DNA of 64,000 nucleotides from an uncultured bacterium (GTDB lineage: Bacteria; Bacillota_I; Bacilli_A; Acholeplasmatales; Anaeroplasmataceae). Made by a program: the position numbers and the translations under genes. The notes under the pieces were generated by a model. That model made no database searches, had not been told where the DNA came from, and worked only from the letters and a program-made list of their open reading frames with translations. The stretch covers positions 9,264 through 73,263 of the forward strand of contig CASFCK010000003.1 in assembly GCA_949293265.1 (NCBI GenBank). Reading direction: 5' to 3'. Positions 29,541 to 39,113 of this stretch are shown piece by piece. Position 1 is the stretch's first letter; each line of letters begins with the position of its first letter.

Positions 29541-30165
29541 ATATGCTCGTGAAGAAGAACTTTACGACGAGGGCTATAAATTAATTTGTGGTGTAGATGA
29601 AGTAGGTAGAGGTTCTATTGCTGGACCTTTAGTTGTAGCCGCGGTTATTTTACCACCATTAGAACGAATAGAAGGAATAGATGATTCTAAGCGGTTATCA
29701 CCTAAAAAAAGAGAAGAATTAGCTAAGATTATACATAAAAAAGCTTTAGCTATTTCAACTGTATTTATAAGTTCTGAACAAGTTGATGAACTTGATATAT
29801 ACAAAGCTACAAAATTAGGTATGTTAGAGGCAATAAAAAAATTAAAGTTAACTCCTGAATATGCATTAATAGATGCAATGCCATTAAAAGAACTAGATAT
29901 ACCACATGATTCAATAATTCATGGTGATTTATTATCAGCTAGTATAGGAGCGGCAAGTATCATAGCTAAAGTTACTCGTGATGATTATATGGCAAAGATG
30001 GATATTAAGTATCCAAATTACGGTTTTAAACAACATAAAGGATATTGCACAAAAGGACATGTTCAAGCTTTAGAAAAATTAGGTCCTTGCCCAATTCACA
30101 GGAAAACTTTTTATCCTGTTAGTAAATTTTTTCAAAAAATTAAGCAGTTATCTATTTTTGATTAA
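29521..30165 (+). CDS. rnhB: Ribonuclease HII
   Basis: GVDEVGRGSIAGPLV and DSKRLS. rbgA-rnhB synteny. Confidence 0.95.
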   Translation: MNDQMNKYAREEELYDEGYKLICGVDEVGRGSIAGPLVVAAVILPPLERIEGIDDSKRLSPKKREELAKIIHKKALAISTVFISSEQVDELDIYKATKLGMLEAIKKLKLTPEYALIDAMPLKELDIPHDSIIHGDLLSASIGAASIIAKVTRDDYMAKMDIKYPNYGFKQHKGYCTKGHVQALEKLGPCPIHRKTFYPVSKFFQKIKQLSIFD

Positions 30166-30187
30166 AGGGAATTTTTTCCCTTTTTTG
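30164..30187 (+). terminator. Rho-independent terminator after rnhB
   Basis: AAAGGGAA-TTTT-TTCCCTTT followed by a T run. Confidence 0.8.
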
Positions 30188-30188
30188 C

Positions 30189-30216
30189 TTGACAACTATA
30201 AAATTTTTAATATACT
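30189..30216 (+). promoter_or_regulatory. Sigma-A type promoter for topA: TTGACA-16 nt-TATACT
   Basis: TTGACA 30189-30194 and TATACT 30211-30216. Confidence 0.6.
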
Positions 30217-30239
30217 TATACAGAAAAGAGTTGATTTAA

Positions 30240-32507
30240 TTGAAAAATATAGTTATTGTTGAATCTCCAACTAAATCAAAAACGATTGAAAACTATTTAG
30301 GAGAAGATTTTGTGGTTTTATCTTCTAAAGGTCATATCACAGATCTTGCTACATCTGGTAAAGATGGACTTGGTGTAGATATTGAAAATGGTTTTAAGCC
30401 TAATTATATTATCGATCCTGACAAAAAAAAGTTAGTTAATGAATTAAAGAAAAAATGTTTAAATAACAACGTTTTTCTCGCAACCGACCCTGATAGAGAA
30501 GGCGAGGCTATTAGTTATCATTTAGCTAAAGTTTTAGATCTAGATATCAATAAGTTAAACCGTATTGAATTTCATGAAGTTACAAAAAGAGCTGTTCTTG
30601 AAGCTTTTAATAATCCGCGTAAAATTGATCTTGATCTAGTCGCAAGTCAGGAAACTAGGCGTATTTTAGATCGGATTATAGGTTTTAAAGTTTCTAAACT
30701 TTTAAATTCACGTATCAAATCTAAATCGGCAGGTCGTGTTCAATCAGTGGCATTAAAACTTGTTTGTGATTTAGAAAAAGAAATTAATAGTTTTATTCCT
30801 ACTAATTATTATGAGGCTGAAGCTATTTTTAAAGATTTTAAACTAGATTTAATCGCTGTAAATGGTAAAAAAGAACGTATTTTAGATCGTAAAATATTAG
30901 AAGATTTACTTCCTCGCTTACAGGCTTTTACTTTAGCTGATTTAGTTGAAAAACCGACAAAGCGAGAATCTAAACCACCTTTTACAACTTCTACATTACA
31001 ACAAGAAGCGGCAACTAAGCTTGGCTTTTCAGCAACTAAAACCATGTCAATTGCTCAAAGGTTATATGAAGGTATTAATATTAATGGTAGTTTAGTTGGT
31101 TTAATTACATATATGCGTACTGATTCAACTCATTTATCCGACTTATTTGTTAATGAATGTAGTGAATTTATTAAAAACACATATGGTAATGAATATTTAG
31201 GTAAAAGAAAAGAGAAAAAACAAAAATTAGCTCAAAATGCTCATGAAGCTATTAGACCAACTTATGTATCATATATACCAAATAGTATAAAAAATGATTT
31301 AACAGCTGATGAATATCGTCTCTATTCTTTAATTTATAATCGGGCTGTTAGTAGTTTAATGAGTCCGGCTACTTTTATGAGTTTAAAGGCTACTTTTAAT
31401 AATACTAACTCATTATGGCAAATCACAGGTCAAAGATTACTTTTTGATGGTTATATAGCCATAAGTGGTAAAAGTGAAGATGACTTAAATAAATTATTAC
31501 CAGATTTTAAATATGATGTTTTATATACTGCTGAGGAAATTAAAATTATCGATAATCAAACTAAGCCAAAATCACGTTATACGGAGGCAACTTTGATTAA
31601 AGATATGGAAGAAAAAGGAATAGGTAGACCTTCTACCTATGCCCAAACAATGCAAACCCTAACTAAAAGAAATTATGTTGAGATTAAAGAAAAGAAAATT
31701 TTTCCAACTGAACAAGGTCTATTAACAAGTGAAAATTTAGATAAATATTTTCCAACAATATTTAATGTAACATATACAGCAAATATGGAAGAAGACCTCG
31801 ACTTAATTGCTAAAGGTGAGAAAAATGAATTAGTTGAACTTACTGATTTTTACAATAAATTTAGTCAAGTTTTTGCTAAGGCTAGTTCGGATATGGTAAA
31901 AATTGAACCAGAAAAAACAGGCGAAAAATGTCCGATATGTGGTTCAGATCTAGTTGTAAGAAACTCAAAATTTGGTAAGTTTGTAGCTTGTTCTAATTAT
32001 CCTAATTGTAAATATATAAAACAAGATGAAGACAATGATACTAACATTATCTGCCCAAATTGTCATGAGGGTCATTTAGTTAAGAAAATTGCTTCATCAG
32101 GTAGAAATAAAGGCAAAGCATTCTATGCTTGTTCGAACTATCCAAAATGTAAAACCATCTATAATGACAAACCTACAACAAAATTTTGTCCTAACTGTAA
32201 TGCCATTATGCTTGAAAAGGAAGATGGTACTATTTATTGTTCTAATCATTGTAATGAAGAAAAAGATTCATATCAAGCGGTCTTATGCCCGGTTTGTAAA
32301 AAAGGACATTTAGTTAAAAAAATAGCCACTAGAGGTTTTAATAAAGGCAAAGCTTTTTACGCATGTGATAATTTTCCAAAATGTAAAACAATTTATAATT
32401 ATGAGCCTTTAAATAAGGTTTGTCCAATATGTGGCAGTATATTACTAAATAAAGATGGCAAAGAAATATGTTCAAATAAAAATTGTCAAAATAGTGATAA
32501 AGATTAG
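30240..32507 (+). CDS. topA: DNA topoisomerase I with an extended multi-Zn-ribbon C-terminus
   Basis: TOPRIM IVESPTKSKTI and DPDREGEAI. Active-site Tyr context ITYMRTDS. Several CxxC..CxxC ribbons at the C-terminus. TTG start. Confidence 0.96.
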   Translation: MKNIVIVESPTKSKTIENYLGEDFVVLSSKGHITDLATSGKDGLGVDIENGFKPNYIIDPDKKKLVNELKKKCLNNNVFLATDPDREGEAISYHLAKVLDLDINKLNRIEFHEVTKRAVLEAFNNPRKIDLDLVASQETRRILDRIIGFKVSKLLNSRIKSKSAGRVQSVALKLVCDLEKEINSFIPTNYYEAEAIFKDFKLDLIAVNGKKERILDRKILEDLLPRLQAFTLADLVEKPTKRESKPPFTTSTLQQEAATKLGFSATKTMSIAQRLYEGININGSLVGLITYMRTDSTHLSDLFVNECSEFIKNTYGNEYLGKRKEKKQKLAQNAHEAIRPTYVSYIPNSIKNDLTADEYRLYSLIYNRAVSSLMSPATFMSLKATFNNTNSLWQITGQRLLFDGYIAISGKSEDDLNKLLPDFKYDVLYTAEEIKIIDNQTKPKSRYTEATLIKDMEEKGIGRPSTYAQTMQTLTKRNYVEIKEKKIFPTEQGLLTSENLDKYFPTIFNVTYTANMEEDLDLIAKGEKNELVELTDFYNKFSQVFAKASSDMVKIEPEKTGEKCPICGSDLVVRNSKFGKFVACSNYPNCKYIKQDEDNDTNIICPNCHEGHLVKKIASSGRNKGKAFYACSNYPKCKTIYNDKPTTKFCPNCNAIMLEKEDGTIYCSNHCNEEKDSYQAVLCPVCKKGHLVKKIATRGFNKGKAFYACDNFPKCKTIYNYEPLNKVCPICGSILLNKDGKEICSNKNCQNSDKD
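32052..32504 (+). repeat. Tandem duplication (234-nt / 78-aa period) of a double Zn-ribbon module inside topA
   Basis: CPNCHEGHLVKKIASSGRNKGKAFYACSNYPKCKTIYN.. (from 32052) compared with CPVCKKGHLVKKIATRGFNKGKAFYACDNFPKCKTIYN.. (from 32286). The similarity is also visible at DNA level. Confidence 0.7.
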
Positions 32508-32538
32508 CAAAAGAATCATTCTTTTGCCTTTTTATTTT
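32507..32538 (+). terminator. Rho-independent terminator after topA
   Basis: GCAAAAGA-ATCAT-TCTTTTGC followed by CTTTTTATTTT. Confidence 0.8.
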
Positions 32539-32542
32539 AGGT

Positions 32543-32571
32543 TTGAAAAAGTACTATATTTTTGGTATAAT
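32543..32571 (+). promoter_or_regulatory. Sigma-A type promoter for ftsY: TTGAAA-17 nt-TATAAT with extended -10 TGg
   Basis: TTGAAA 32543-32548, TG 32563-32564, TATAAT 32566-32571. Confidence 0.6.
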
Positions 32572-32595
32572 CAAATATTGAATGGAGTTGTTTTT

Positions 32596-33561
32596 ATGGG
32601 CTTTTTTAGTTTTTTTAAAAAAGATAAAGAAAAATCAAAAAAATATAAAATGGGACTTCATAAAACTCGTGAAGGTGCCTTAAAAAATATAAAAGAAATC
32701 GTTGAAAAACGTAATAAAATAGATGATGAATTATTTGATTCATTAGAAGAAGTTTTTATTTCTGCTGATATTGGTGTTGATACAGTTCTTGATTTTATTC
32801 TTTCTTTAAAAGAAGAGGTTTATCACAAAAAGATTAGTGATGTTAAAGTATTAGAAGAACTAATCATCGATAAAATGTTTGAATTATATACTAATAATGA
32901 AATTGTTAATGCCAATTTAAAATTTAATAAGAATGGTCTATCAGTAATTTTATTTGTTGGAGTTAATGGTGTTGGTAAAACAACATCAATAGCTAAGATC
33001 GCTTATAAACTAAAAAAAGAAGGCAAAAAAGTTTTACTAGCAGCTGGTGATACATTTAGAGCTGGGGCAGTTGAACAACTTAAAGAATGGTCTAAGCGTA
33101 TTGGTGTAGAAATAGTTACTAAAGAAGCAATGTCAGACCCTTCAGCAGTAATGTATGAAGCATGTGATAAAGCGTTAAAAGAAAATTATGATGTTTTATT
33201 ATGCGACACGGCAGGACGTTTACAAAATAAAGTAAATTTAATGCAAGAATTAGGAAAAATGAAAAGGGTAATTGATAAAAAAGTTCCTGACTCTTTATGT
33301 GAAACATTATTAGTTATTGATGCTACTACTGGTCAAAATGGGATGTTACAAGCTAAAGCATTTAAAGAAGTTACTGATGTTACGGGTATTATCTTAACTA
33401 AATTAGATGGAACTAGTAAAGGTGGTATTGTTTTAGCTATTAGACATGAATTGGGAATTCCAATTAAATTTATTGGCTTAGGTGAACAATTAGATGATTT
33501 AATGATATTTGATATTGAACAATATTTATATGGATTGTTTGCCGATTTCTTTGAGGAATAA
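32596..33561 (+). CDS. ftsY: Signal recognition particle receptor FtsY
   Basis: GVNGVGKTTSIAK, DTAGR and TKLDGTSKGG. ATG 32596 follows TGGAG. The track start 32455 lies inside topA and spans its terminator. Confidence 0.93.
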   Translation: MGFFSFFKKDKEKSKKYKMGLHKTREGALKNIKEIVEKRNKIDDELFDSLEEVFISADIGVDTVLDFILSLKEEVYHKKISDVKVLEELIIDKMFELYTNNEIVNANLKFNKNGLSVILFVGVNGVGKTTSIAKIAYKLKKEGKKVLLAAGDTFRAGAVEQLKEWSKRIGVEIVTKEAMSDPSAVMYEACDKALKENYDVLLCDTAGRLQNKVNLMQELGKMKRVIDKKVPDSLCETLLVIDATTGQNGMLQAKAFKEVTDVTGIILTKLDGTSKGGIVLAIRHELGIPIKFIGLGEQLDDLMIFDIEQYLYGLFADFFEE

Positions 33562-33562
33562 G

Positions 33563-33859
33563 ATGGGACTAGAAAAAAATATATATTTAGCGGATTTATA
33601 TGATATTTATCAAAATTTATTAACCGAAAAACAAAAAAAATATTTCTATGAATATTATTTTCTTGATTTATCTTTAGCTGAGATAGCTGAAACTTATAAT
33701 TTATCAAGGAATGCTATTTTTGATCAAATTAAGCATGCTGAAAATAAACTTATGGAATTTGAAGAAAGTTTAGGTTTATATGCTAAAATCCAAAAAATAG
33801 AAGATTTAAATATGGAAGAAGGATTAAAAAATAAAATCCTCGACATTATAAAGGAGTGA
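33563..33859 (+). CDS. ylxM: YlxM/UPF0122 putative DNA-binding protein of the SRP operon
   Basis: LYDIYQNLLTEKQKKYFYEYYFLDLSLAEIAE..SRNAIFDQIK. Sits between ftsY and ffh. GAGGAA SD before ATG 33563. Confidence 0.85.
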   Translation: MGLEKNIYLADLYDIYQNLLTEKQKKYFYEYYFLDLSLAEIAETYNLSRNAIFDQIKHAENKLMEFEESLGLYAKIQKIEDLNMEEGLKNKILDIIKE

Positions 33860-33863
33860 AAAC

Positions 33864-35285
33864 ATGGCTTTTGATTCATTAAGTGAAAGATTACAAAAAG
33901 CAATGAAGAAAATAACAGGAAGAGGAAAACTACATGAATCTGATATAGATGACATGTTAAGAGAAGTACGTTTATCTCTTCTTGAAGCGGATGTAAACTT
34001 TAAGGTAGTTAGAAAATTTTTGGCTGACGTAAAAGAAAAAGCCTTAGGCGCTAAAATATTAGAAGGCCTAAATCCTGGTCAAATGGTTGTTGATATCGTC
34101 AGGGAAGAATTAAAAAACATTTTAGGAAGCGAACAAAGCGAACTAAATCTAAACAAAAATGGTTTAACTGTAATTATGCTAGTAGGTTTACAAGGTACAG
34201 GTAAAACAACCGCATGTGGTAAGATTAGCTTATATTTACGTAAAAAGTTAAAAAAATCACCATTTATGATTGCTTGTGATGTATATAGACCTGCCGCTGT
34301 AGAACAATTAGTTACTTTAGGTAAACAAATTAATGTTCCCGTTTATGAAGATGGGGTTAAAACAAATCCTCGTAAAATCTGTAAAGATGGTATAAAAGAA
34401 GCAATTAAAGTTGGTGCTGATGTTGTAATTATTGATACTGCTGGTCGTTTACAAATTAATGAAGAATTAATGGATGAATTAAAAGACATTAAAGAAATAG
34501 CAAGACCACATGAAATTTTACTAACAGTTGATGCGATGAGTGGTCAAGATGCTTGTAATGTCGGTTTAGCGTTTAATGATAAAGTTGGGGTATCTGGCAT
34601 TATTTTAACTAAATTAGATGGTGATGCTCGTGGTGGTGCTGCCCTTTCATTGAAAGAAATGACTGGTTTACCAATTAAATTGATGTCAACAGGAGAAAAG
34701 CTTGATGAATTAGAAGTCTTTTACCCTGATCGTATTGCAGAAAGAATCTTAGGTATGGGCGATGTTTTATCTTTAATAGATACTGTTAAAGATAACATTG
34801 ATGAAGAAGAAGCTGAAGCAATGGCCGATAAAATGTTAAAAGGTAATTATAATTATAATGACCTTTTAAAACAATTTAAAATGATAAAACGTATGGGTTC
34901 AATTTCTAAACTACTAGGCTTTTTACCAGGACTTGGTAAAATTAAACAAGCAATGAGTCAAGTTGATGATAAAGCCTTTGATTTTATGGAAGCCATAATT
35001 TCATCTATGACAGAAAAGGAACGCAGAAACCCTAAATTAATCGACGAAAGTGCTAAACGTCGAGAACGAATAGCAAAAGGTTCAGGACGTTCATTAACAG
35101 AAGTTAATAATCTTCGTAATTCATTAAATCAAATGAAAGAAGCTATGAAAAAAGTAAATAATATGTCAGATGCTGAAAAGAAGAAAATGTCTAGTCAAAT
35201 GGCAAATGGCAACATGGGTCAATTAGCTCCTACGCAAAAGTATAAAAAAGGAAAAGGAAAGAATAAAGGAAGGTTTAGATTTTAA
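33864..35285 (+). CDS. ffh: Signal recognition particle protein Ffh
   Basis: GLQGTGKTT, DTAGR and TKLDGDARGG. Met-rich M domain. Confidence 0.97.
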   Translation: MAFDSLSERLQKAMKKITGRGKLHESDIDDMLREVRLSLLEADVNFKVVRKFLADVKEKALGAKILEGLNPGQMVVDIVREELKNILGSEQSELNLNKNGLTVIMLVGLQGTGKTTACGKISLYLRKKLKKSPFMIACDVYRPAAVEQLVTLGKQINVPVYEDGVKTNPRKICKDGIKEAIKVGADVVIIDTAGRLQINEELMDELKDIKEIARPHEILLTVDAMSGQDACNVGLAFNDKVGVSGIILTKLDGDARGGAALSLKEMTGLPIKLMSTGEKLDELEVFYPDRIAERILGMGDVLSLIDTVKDNIDEEEAEAMADKMLKGNYNYNDLLKQFKMIKRMGSISKLLGFLPGLGKIKQAMSQVDDKAFDFMEAIISSMTEKERRNPKLIDESAKRRERIAKGSGRSLTEVNNLRNSLNQMKEAMKKVNNMSDAEKKKMSSQMANGNMGQLAPTQKYKKGKGKNKGRFRF

Positions 35286-36142
35286 TGGTAGTAACTACAC
35301 CTAAAGATTTAAAACAAGCACAAGAATTAAATAAATATACTGATGCATATTTAGTTGGTTTAAAAGATTATACTCCTAATTTTTTAAATCCTTTTTCTTT
35401 TACTGATTTTTTAGAACTAATAAAACAGCAAAAAAAAGTGTTTTTACGCTTAGATCTTTTAATTAGAGAAAAGAATCTAGAAAAATATAAAACCTTAATT
35501 CTTAAAACTAAAGATTTAGATATCTATTATTATATAACTGATCAAGGATTATTAAACTACTTGCTTAGCCTTAATTTAGCAAACAAAACTATTTATGATC
35601 CTTTTACAATGCTTACAAACTATGAAGATGCTATAACTTATTACAATTTAGGATTATTAGCAATAGCTCCAAGTCTAGAAATACCATATAAGGATATTTT
35701 GAAATTTAATATGCCTATGTTTTATTTAGGCTTTGGACGTAGATTAATGTTCAATTCTAAGCGAAGATTAGTTTCATTATATTTTCAAAAAGCTAATATT
35801 AAAACAAATCTTGAAAATTTAACTATAATAGAAGAAAAGAGAACTGATGTTTTACCAATCTTTGAAGATTATGGCACATATATATATCGCTCTTATTTTT
35901 CAGATAATGTTGATTTAATAAAAGAAAATTCAAACATTCATTACATTTTATTTGATAGTAACACATTAGAATTTAAACAATATTTAGAAATAGTTAAAAA
36001 TGGCTACTTATATTTAAATAATCAAATATTATTTAATACTTATTGCAATAATATCTTAAATTTAAATCTACCAATCGAAGATGGATTTAAATATCAAGAT
36101 ACAATATATCAAAAGGAGGCTATAGAAAATGCCAAAAATTGA
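35285..36142 (+). CDS. Divergent peptidase-U32-family protein, YrrN (TrhP1)-like
   Basis: By-eye alignment to B. subtilis YrrN from memory (VLPIFEDYGTYIYRS for KYPIFEDENGTHIMS; EDGFKYQDTIY for DTGFFFKETVY). Precedes a clear YrrO-like gene. TAATG overlap with ffh. Confidence 0.6.
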   Translation: MVVTTPKDLKQAQELNKYTDAYLVGLKDYTPNFLNPFSFTDFLELIKQQKKVFLRLDLLIREKNLEKYKTLILKTKDLDIYYYITDQGLLNYLLSLNLANKTIYDPFTMLTNYEDAITYYNLGLLAIAPSLEIPYKDILKFNMPMFYLGFGRRLMFNSKRRLVSLYFQKANIKTNLENLTIIEEKRTDVLPIFEDYGTYIYRSYFSDNVDLIKENSNIHYILFDSNTLEFKQYLEIVKNGYLYLNNQILFNTYCNNILNLNLPIEDGFKYQDTIYQKEAIENAKN

Positions 36143-37316
36143 ATTATTAGCTCCTGCTGGCGATTTAGAAAAACTGAAAATAGCTATCCTTTATGGTGCT
36201 GATGCCGTTTTTATTGGTGGAGAGGAATTTTCACTACGTTCTAGAGCCTCAAATTTTACACTTGCTGATATAAAAGAAGCATGTTCATTTGCTCATCAAC
36301 ACAATGCTAAAGTTCATGTGACGTGTAATATTGTAATGCATAATATTGATCTAGATGGTTTAAAAGAATATTTAAAAGAGTTAGAACAAGCTGGTGTAGA
36401 TGCTATAATAACTAGTTCACTATATATGCTTAAATTAGCTAAATCAACAACTAATTTAGCTTGTCATATGTCAACTCAATTAAGTACCTTAAATGAAGAA
36501 GGCGTTAATTTATTTAAAAATTTAGGCGCAGATAGGGTTGTATTAGGTCGTGAATTAAGCCTAGCTGAAATATTAGAAATCAAGAAAAACACCAATATTG
36601 AAATTGAAACTTTCATTCATGGAGGTATGTGTTCAAGTTTGTCAGGAAGATGTATGTTATCAAATAATATGACATTACGTGATGCTAATCGAGGTGGTTG
36701 TGCACATAGTTGTAGGTGGAATTATAACCTATATCAAAATGGAACAAAATTAAATGAAGATGATGATTATTTTTCATTTTCAGCTAAAGATTTAGAGGCC
36801 TTAAAATTCATTCCAAGTTTAATAGAAAACAAGATTGATTCATTAAAAATAGAAGGTAGAATGAAAAGTATTCACTATGTAGCAACTATTACTAACACCT
36901 ATCGTCATTTAATAGATGAATATTTAAAAAACGGCACTATTAAAGACTTTAATGTTTATTATAATATGATACATAAGGCTGAAAATCGTCTTTTAGGAAC
37001 AGGATTTTATGAACATGATCCGACTATTGAAGAACAATTATATGACCTAAATTTATCAGTTCCAACTAAGAATTTTATAGGCTTAGTTTTAAGCTATGAT
37101 AAAGAAAATAAAATATGTCATATTGAACAAAGAAACTATTTTAAAAGTGGTGATGTAATTGAAGTTTTCACGCCAGAAAAAACTTTTAATATTAAAATAG
37201 AACAACTTTATGATGAGGATGGGAATATAGTTGATGTTGCAAGACATCCGAAACAAAAATTATATTTTAAAACCGATATTAAATTATCGCCATATAATAT
37301 GTTGAGGGCTTTATGA
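36129..37316 (+). CDS. Peptidase U32 family protein, YrrO (TrhP2)-like, implicated in tRNA ho5U34 formation
   Basis: ELLAPAGDLEKLKIAILYGADAVFIGG, HGGMCSSLSGRCMLSN and SLKIEGRMKS. AAGGAGG SD. Confidence 0.85.
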   Translation: MPKIELLAPAGDLEKLKIAILYGADAVFIGGEEFSLRSRASNFTLADIKEACSFAHQHNAKVHVTCNIVMHNIDLDGLKEYLKELEQAGVDAIITSSLYMLKLAKSTTNLACHMSTQLSTLNEEGVNLFKNLGADRVVLGRELSLAEILEIKKNTNIEIETFIHGGMCSSLSGRCMLSNNMTLRDANRGGCAHSCRWNYNLYQNGTKLNEDDDYFSFSAKDLEALKFIPSLIENKIDSLKIEGRMKSIHYVATITNTYRHLIDEYLKNGTIKDFNVYYNMIHKAENRLLGTGFYEHDPTIEEQLYDLNLSVPTKNFIGLVLSYDKENKICHIEQRNYFKSGDVIEVFTPEKTFNIKIEQLYDEDGNIVDVARHPKQKLYFKTDIKLSPYNMLRAL

Positions 37317-38014
37317 CAAAGACAACTTTTTTCTCTCAGGAACTACAAATTCAAATTACGGTTGTTTATAACCCAAATTTAAAGAGAATAAATTTTCGGT
37401 TTAAGCCTCAAGAATTTTATATATCGGCAGCGAAAAAATTAACTTTAAATACAATTGAAAAATATATCGAAAAATATAAAGATTATATTTTAAAATATTG
37501 TTGTAATCAAAATTCGCAAAAAGAATTAAAGCTTCATTTATGGAACAAACCATATGATTTAGTATTTGTTAAAAGTCCAAGGAATAGTTATTTAATTAAC
37601 GAAGATGCAATTTATATCTTTTATACAAATGAAAATAATATTAAAAAAAATATACGCAATCTTTACAAAACGGAACTGTCTAAAAAAGATATTAATAGTA
37701 TTTTTGACAGTATAATTGCTAAATTTGCTGATTGTAACATTAAAAGTTGCCACTTATCTAACAATTATAAATATTGTAAATCATTTTTAGGTCGTTTCTA
37801 TCAAAAAACAAAGGAAATAGAATTATCAGCCTTTATTGCTAAATATGATGAAAGTCTAATATATCATACTCTTTGTCATGAATTATGTCATTTTTATTAT
37901 TTTAACCATAGTAAAGAATTCAAAAATATCTTACTTAAAATAGACCCTGATTATTCAAAAAATAGGCGAGAATTAAAAAAAATTAATAAAGAAATAGTTA
38001 AAGATTATATTTAA
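37313..38014 (+). CDS. YgjP-like (DUF45) M48-type metallopeptidase-fold protein
   Basis: HExxH in HTLCHELCHFYYFNHSKEFKNIL. ATGA overlap with the upstream gene. Confidence 0.7.
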   Translation: MTKTTFFSQELQIQITVVYNPNLKRINFRFKPQEFYISAAKKLTLNTIEKYIEKYKDYILKYCCNQNSQKELKLHLWNKPYDLVFVKSPRNSYLINEDAIYIFYTNENNIKKNIRNLYKTELSKKDINSIFDSIIAKFADCNIKSCHLSNNYKYCKSFLGRFYQKTKEIELSAFIAKYDESLIYHTLCHELCHFYYFNHSKEFKNILLKIDPDYSKNRRELKKINKEIVKDYI

Positions 38015-38042
38015 TTGCAAAAATTTAAAAAAAGTGTATAAT
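38015..38042 (+). promoter_or_regulatory. Sigma-A type promoter for greA: TTGCAA-16 nt-TATAAT
   Basis: TTGCAA 38015-38020 and TATAAT 38037-38042. Confidence 0.55.
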
Positions 38043-38067
38043 TATAACGAAATTACGAGGTGTAAAT

Positions 38068-38535
38068 ATGGAAGAAAAATTTGAACTAACCGCTCAAGGT
38101 AAAGAAGATTTAGAAAAAGAACTAGAACGTTTAAAATCAGTAGATAGACCAGCAAATATTGAGGCATTAAAAGAAGCTCGTGCTCAAGGAGATTTATCTG
38201 AAAATGCGGATTATGATGCTGCTAGAGAAGAACAAAGAAGAATTGAAGGTCGTATTTTTGAAATAGAAGCTATTTTAAAAAATGCTACTATTATATCAAG
38301 TGTTTCTAGCGATGAAGTTTCAATTGGTAAAAAAGTTAAAATATTATATACTAAGCTAAATAGAGAATTTACATATGATGTTGTAGGTACTATTGAAGCT
38401 GATCCTTTCAATGGTAAAATTTCTAACACTTCTCCATTAGGTAAGGCCCTTTTAGGGGGTAAGGTAGGAGATGTAATTGAATTCTCTGCCGAATCTGGTC
38501 GTTCACAAGAAGTGAAAATTTTAGCGATTGAATAA
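38068..38535 (+). CDS. greA: Transcription elongation factor GreA
   Basis: LKEARAQGDLSENADYDAAREEQ coiled-coil tip, then the C-terminal globular domain. Confidence 0.95.
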   Translation: MEEKFELTAQGKEDLEKELERLKSVDRPANIEALKEARAQGDLSENADYDAAREEQRRIEGRIFEIEAILKNATIISSVSSDEVSIGKKVKILYTKLNREFTYDVVGTIEADPFNGKISNTSPLGKALLGGKVGDVIEFSAESGRSQEVKILAIE

Positions 38536-38557
38536 AACAGGCATAACCTGTTTTTTT
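38534..38557 (+). terminator. Rho-independent terminator after greA
   Basis: AAACAGG-CATAA-CCTGTTT followed by a T run. Confidence 0.8.
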
Positions 38558-38564
38558 ATCTTTA

Positions 38565-39113
38565 ATGATGTTTAAAAAGTTTATTCCTAATTATCATTAT
38601 AAATCTATTTTTACCATTGATTATAATAAATTTAAAGAAATGGGAATTAAATATATTATGTTTGATTTAGATAATACTTTAATTCCTTATCATGAAACTT
38701 TACCAAATGAAGAATTAATAAAATTAAAAGAACAATTACAACCTGACTTCAAGCTTATGATAGTCTCTAATTCCCATAAAGAAAGAGTTAAAAAATTTGC
38801 CATAGAATTTGCTATTCCGTATGTTCAGTTTGCTAAAAAGCCATTCAAATCTGGTTTTAAAAGAGCTATTGAATATTTTAATATTACTGACAATAAAACG
38901 GTTTTATTCATTGGCGACCAATTATTAACAGATATTTTTGGCTCTAACCGAATTGGCTTTAATTCGCTTTTAGTTGATCCCTTAAATCGAAAAACAGAAG
39001 CTTTGATAACAAGAATAAATCGTAAACTTGAAGCCATTGTTAGATGGTTTACCATTTTATTTAACAAGAAGTCTAAATCTATATTTAATAATAGTGAGGA
39101 ATCTAATGGTTAA
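38565..39113 (+). CDS. yqeG: YqeG-family HAD-IIIA phosphatase
   Basis: MFDLDNTLIPY, VSNS and GDQLLTDI. yqeG-yqeH synteny. Confidence 0.85.
   Translation: MMFKKFIPNYHYKSIFTIDYNKFKEMGIKYIMFDLDNTLIPYHETLPNEELIKLKEQLQPDFKLMIVSNSHKERVKKFAIEFAIPYVQFAKKPFKSGFKRAIEYFNITDNKTVLFIGDQLLTDIFGSNRIGFNSLLVDPLNRKTEALITRINRKLEAIVRWFTILFNKKSKSIFNNSEESNG

Noticed and set aside
32455-32595. N-terminal extensions in the ORF track for ftsY (32455), ylxM (33509), yqeH (39028), tcdA (50259) and the small ORF after feoB (55970).
   Set aside because: The extensions run through the upstream gene's 3' end, or through the topA terminator and ftsY promoter in the ftsY case. They encode no conserved sequence. In each case an internal ATG preceded by a good SD matches the conserved N-terminus of the family.
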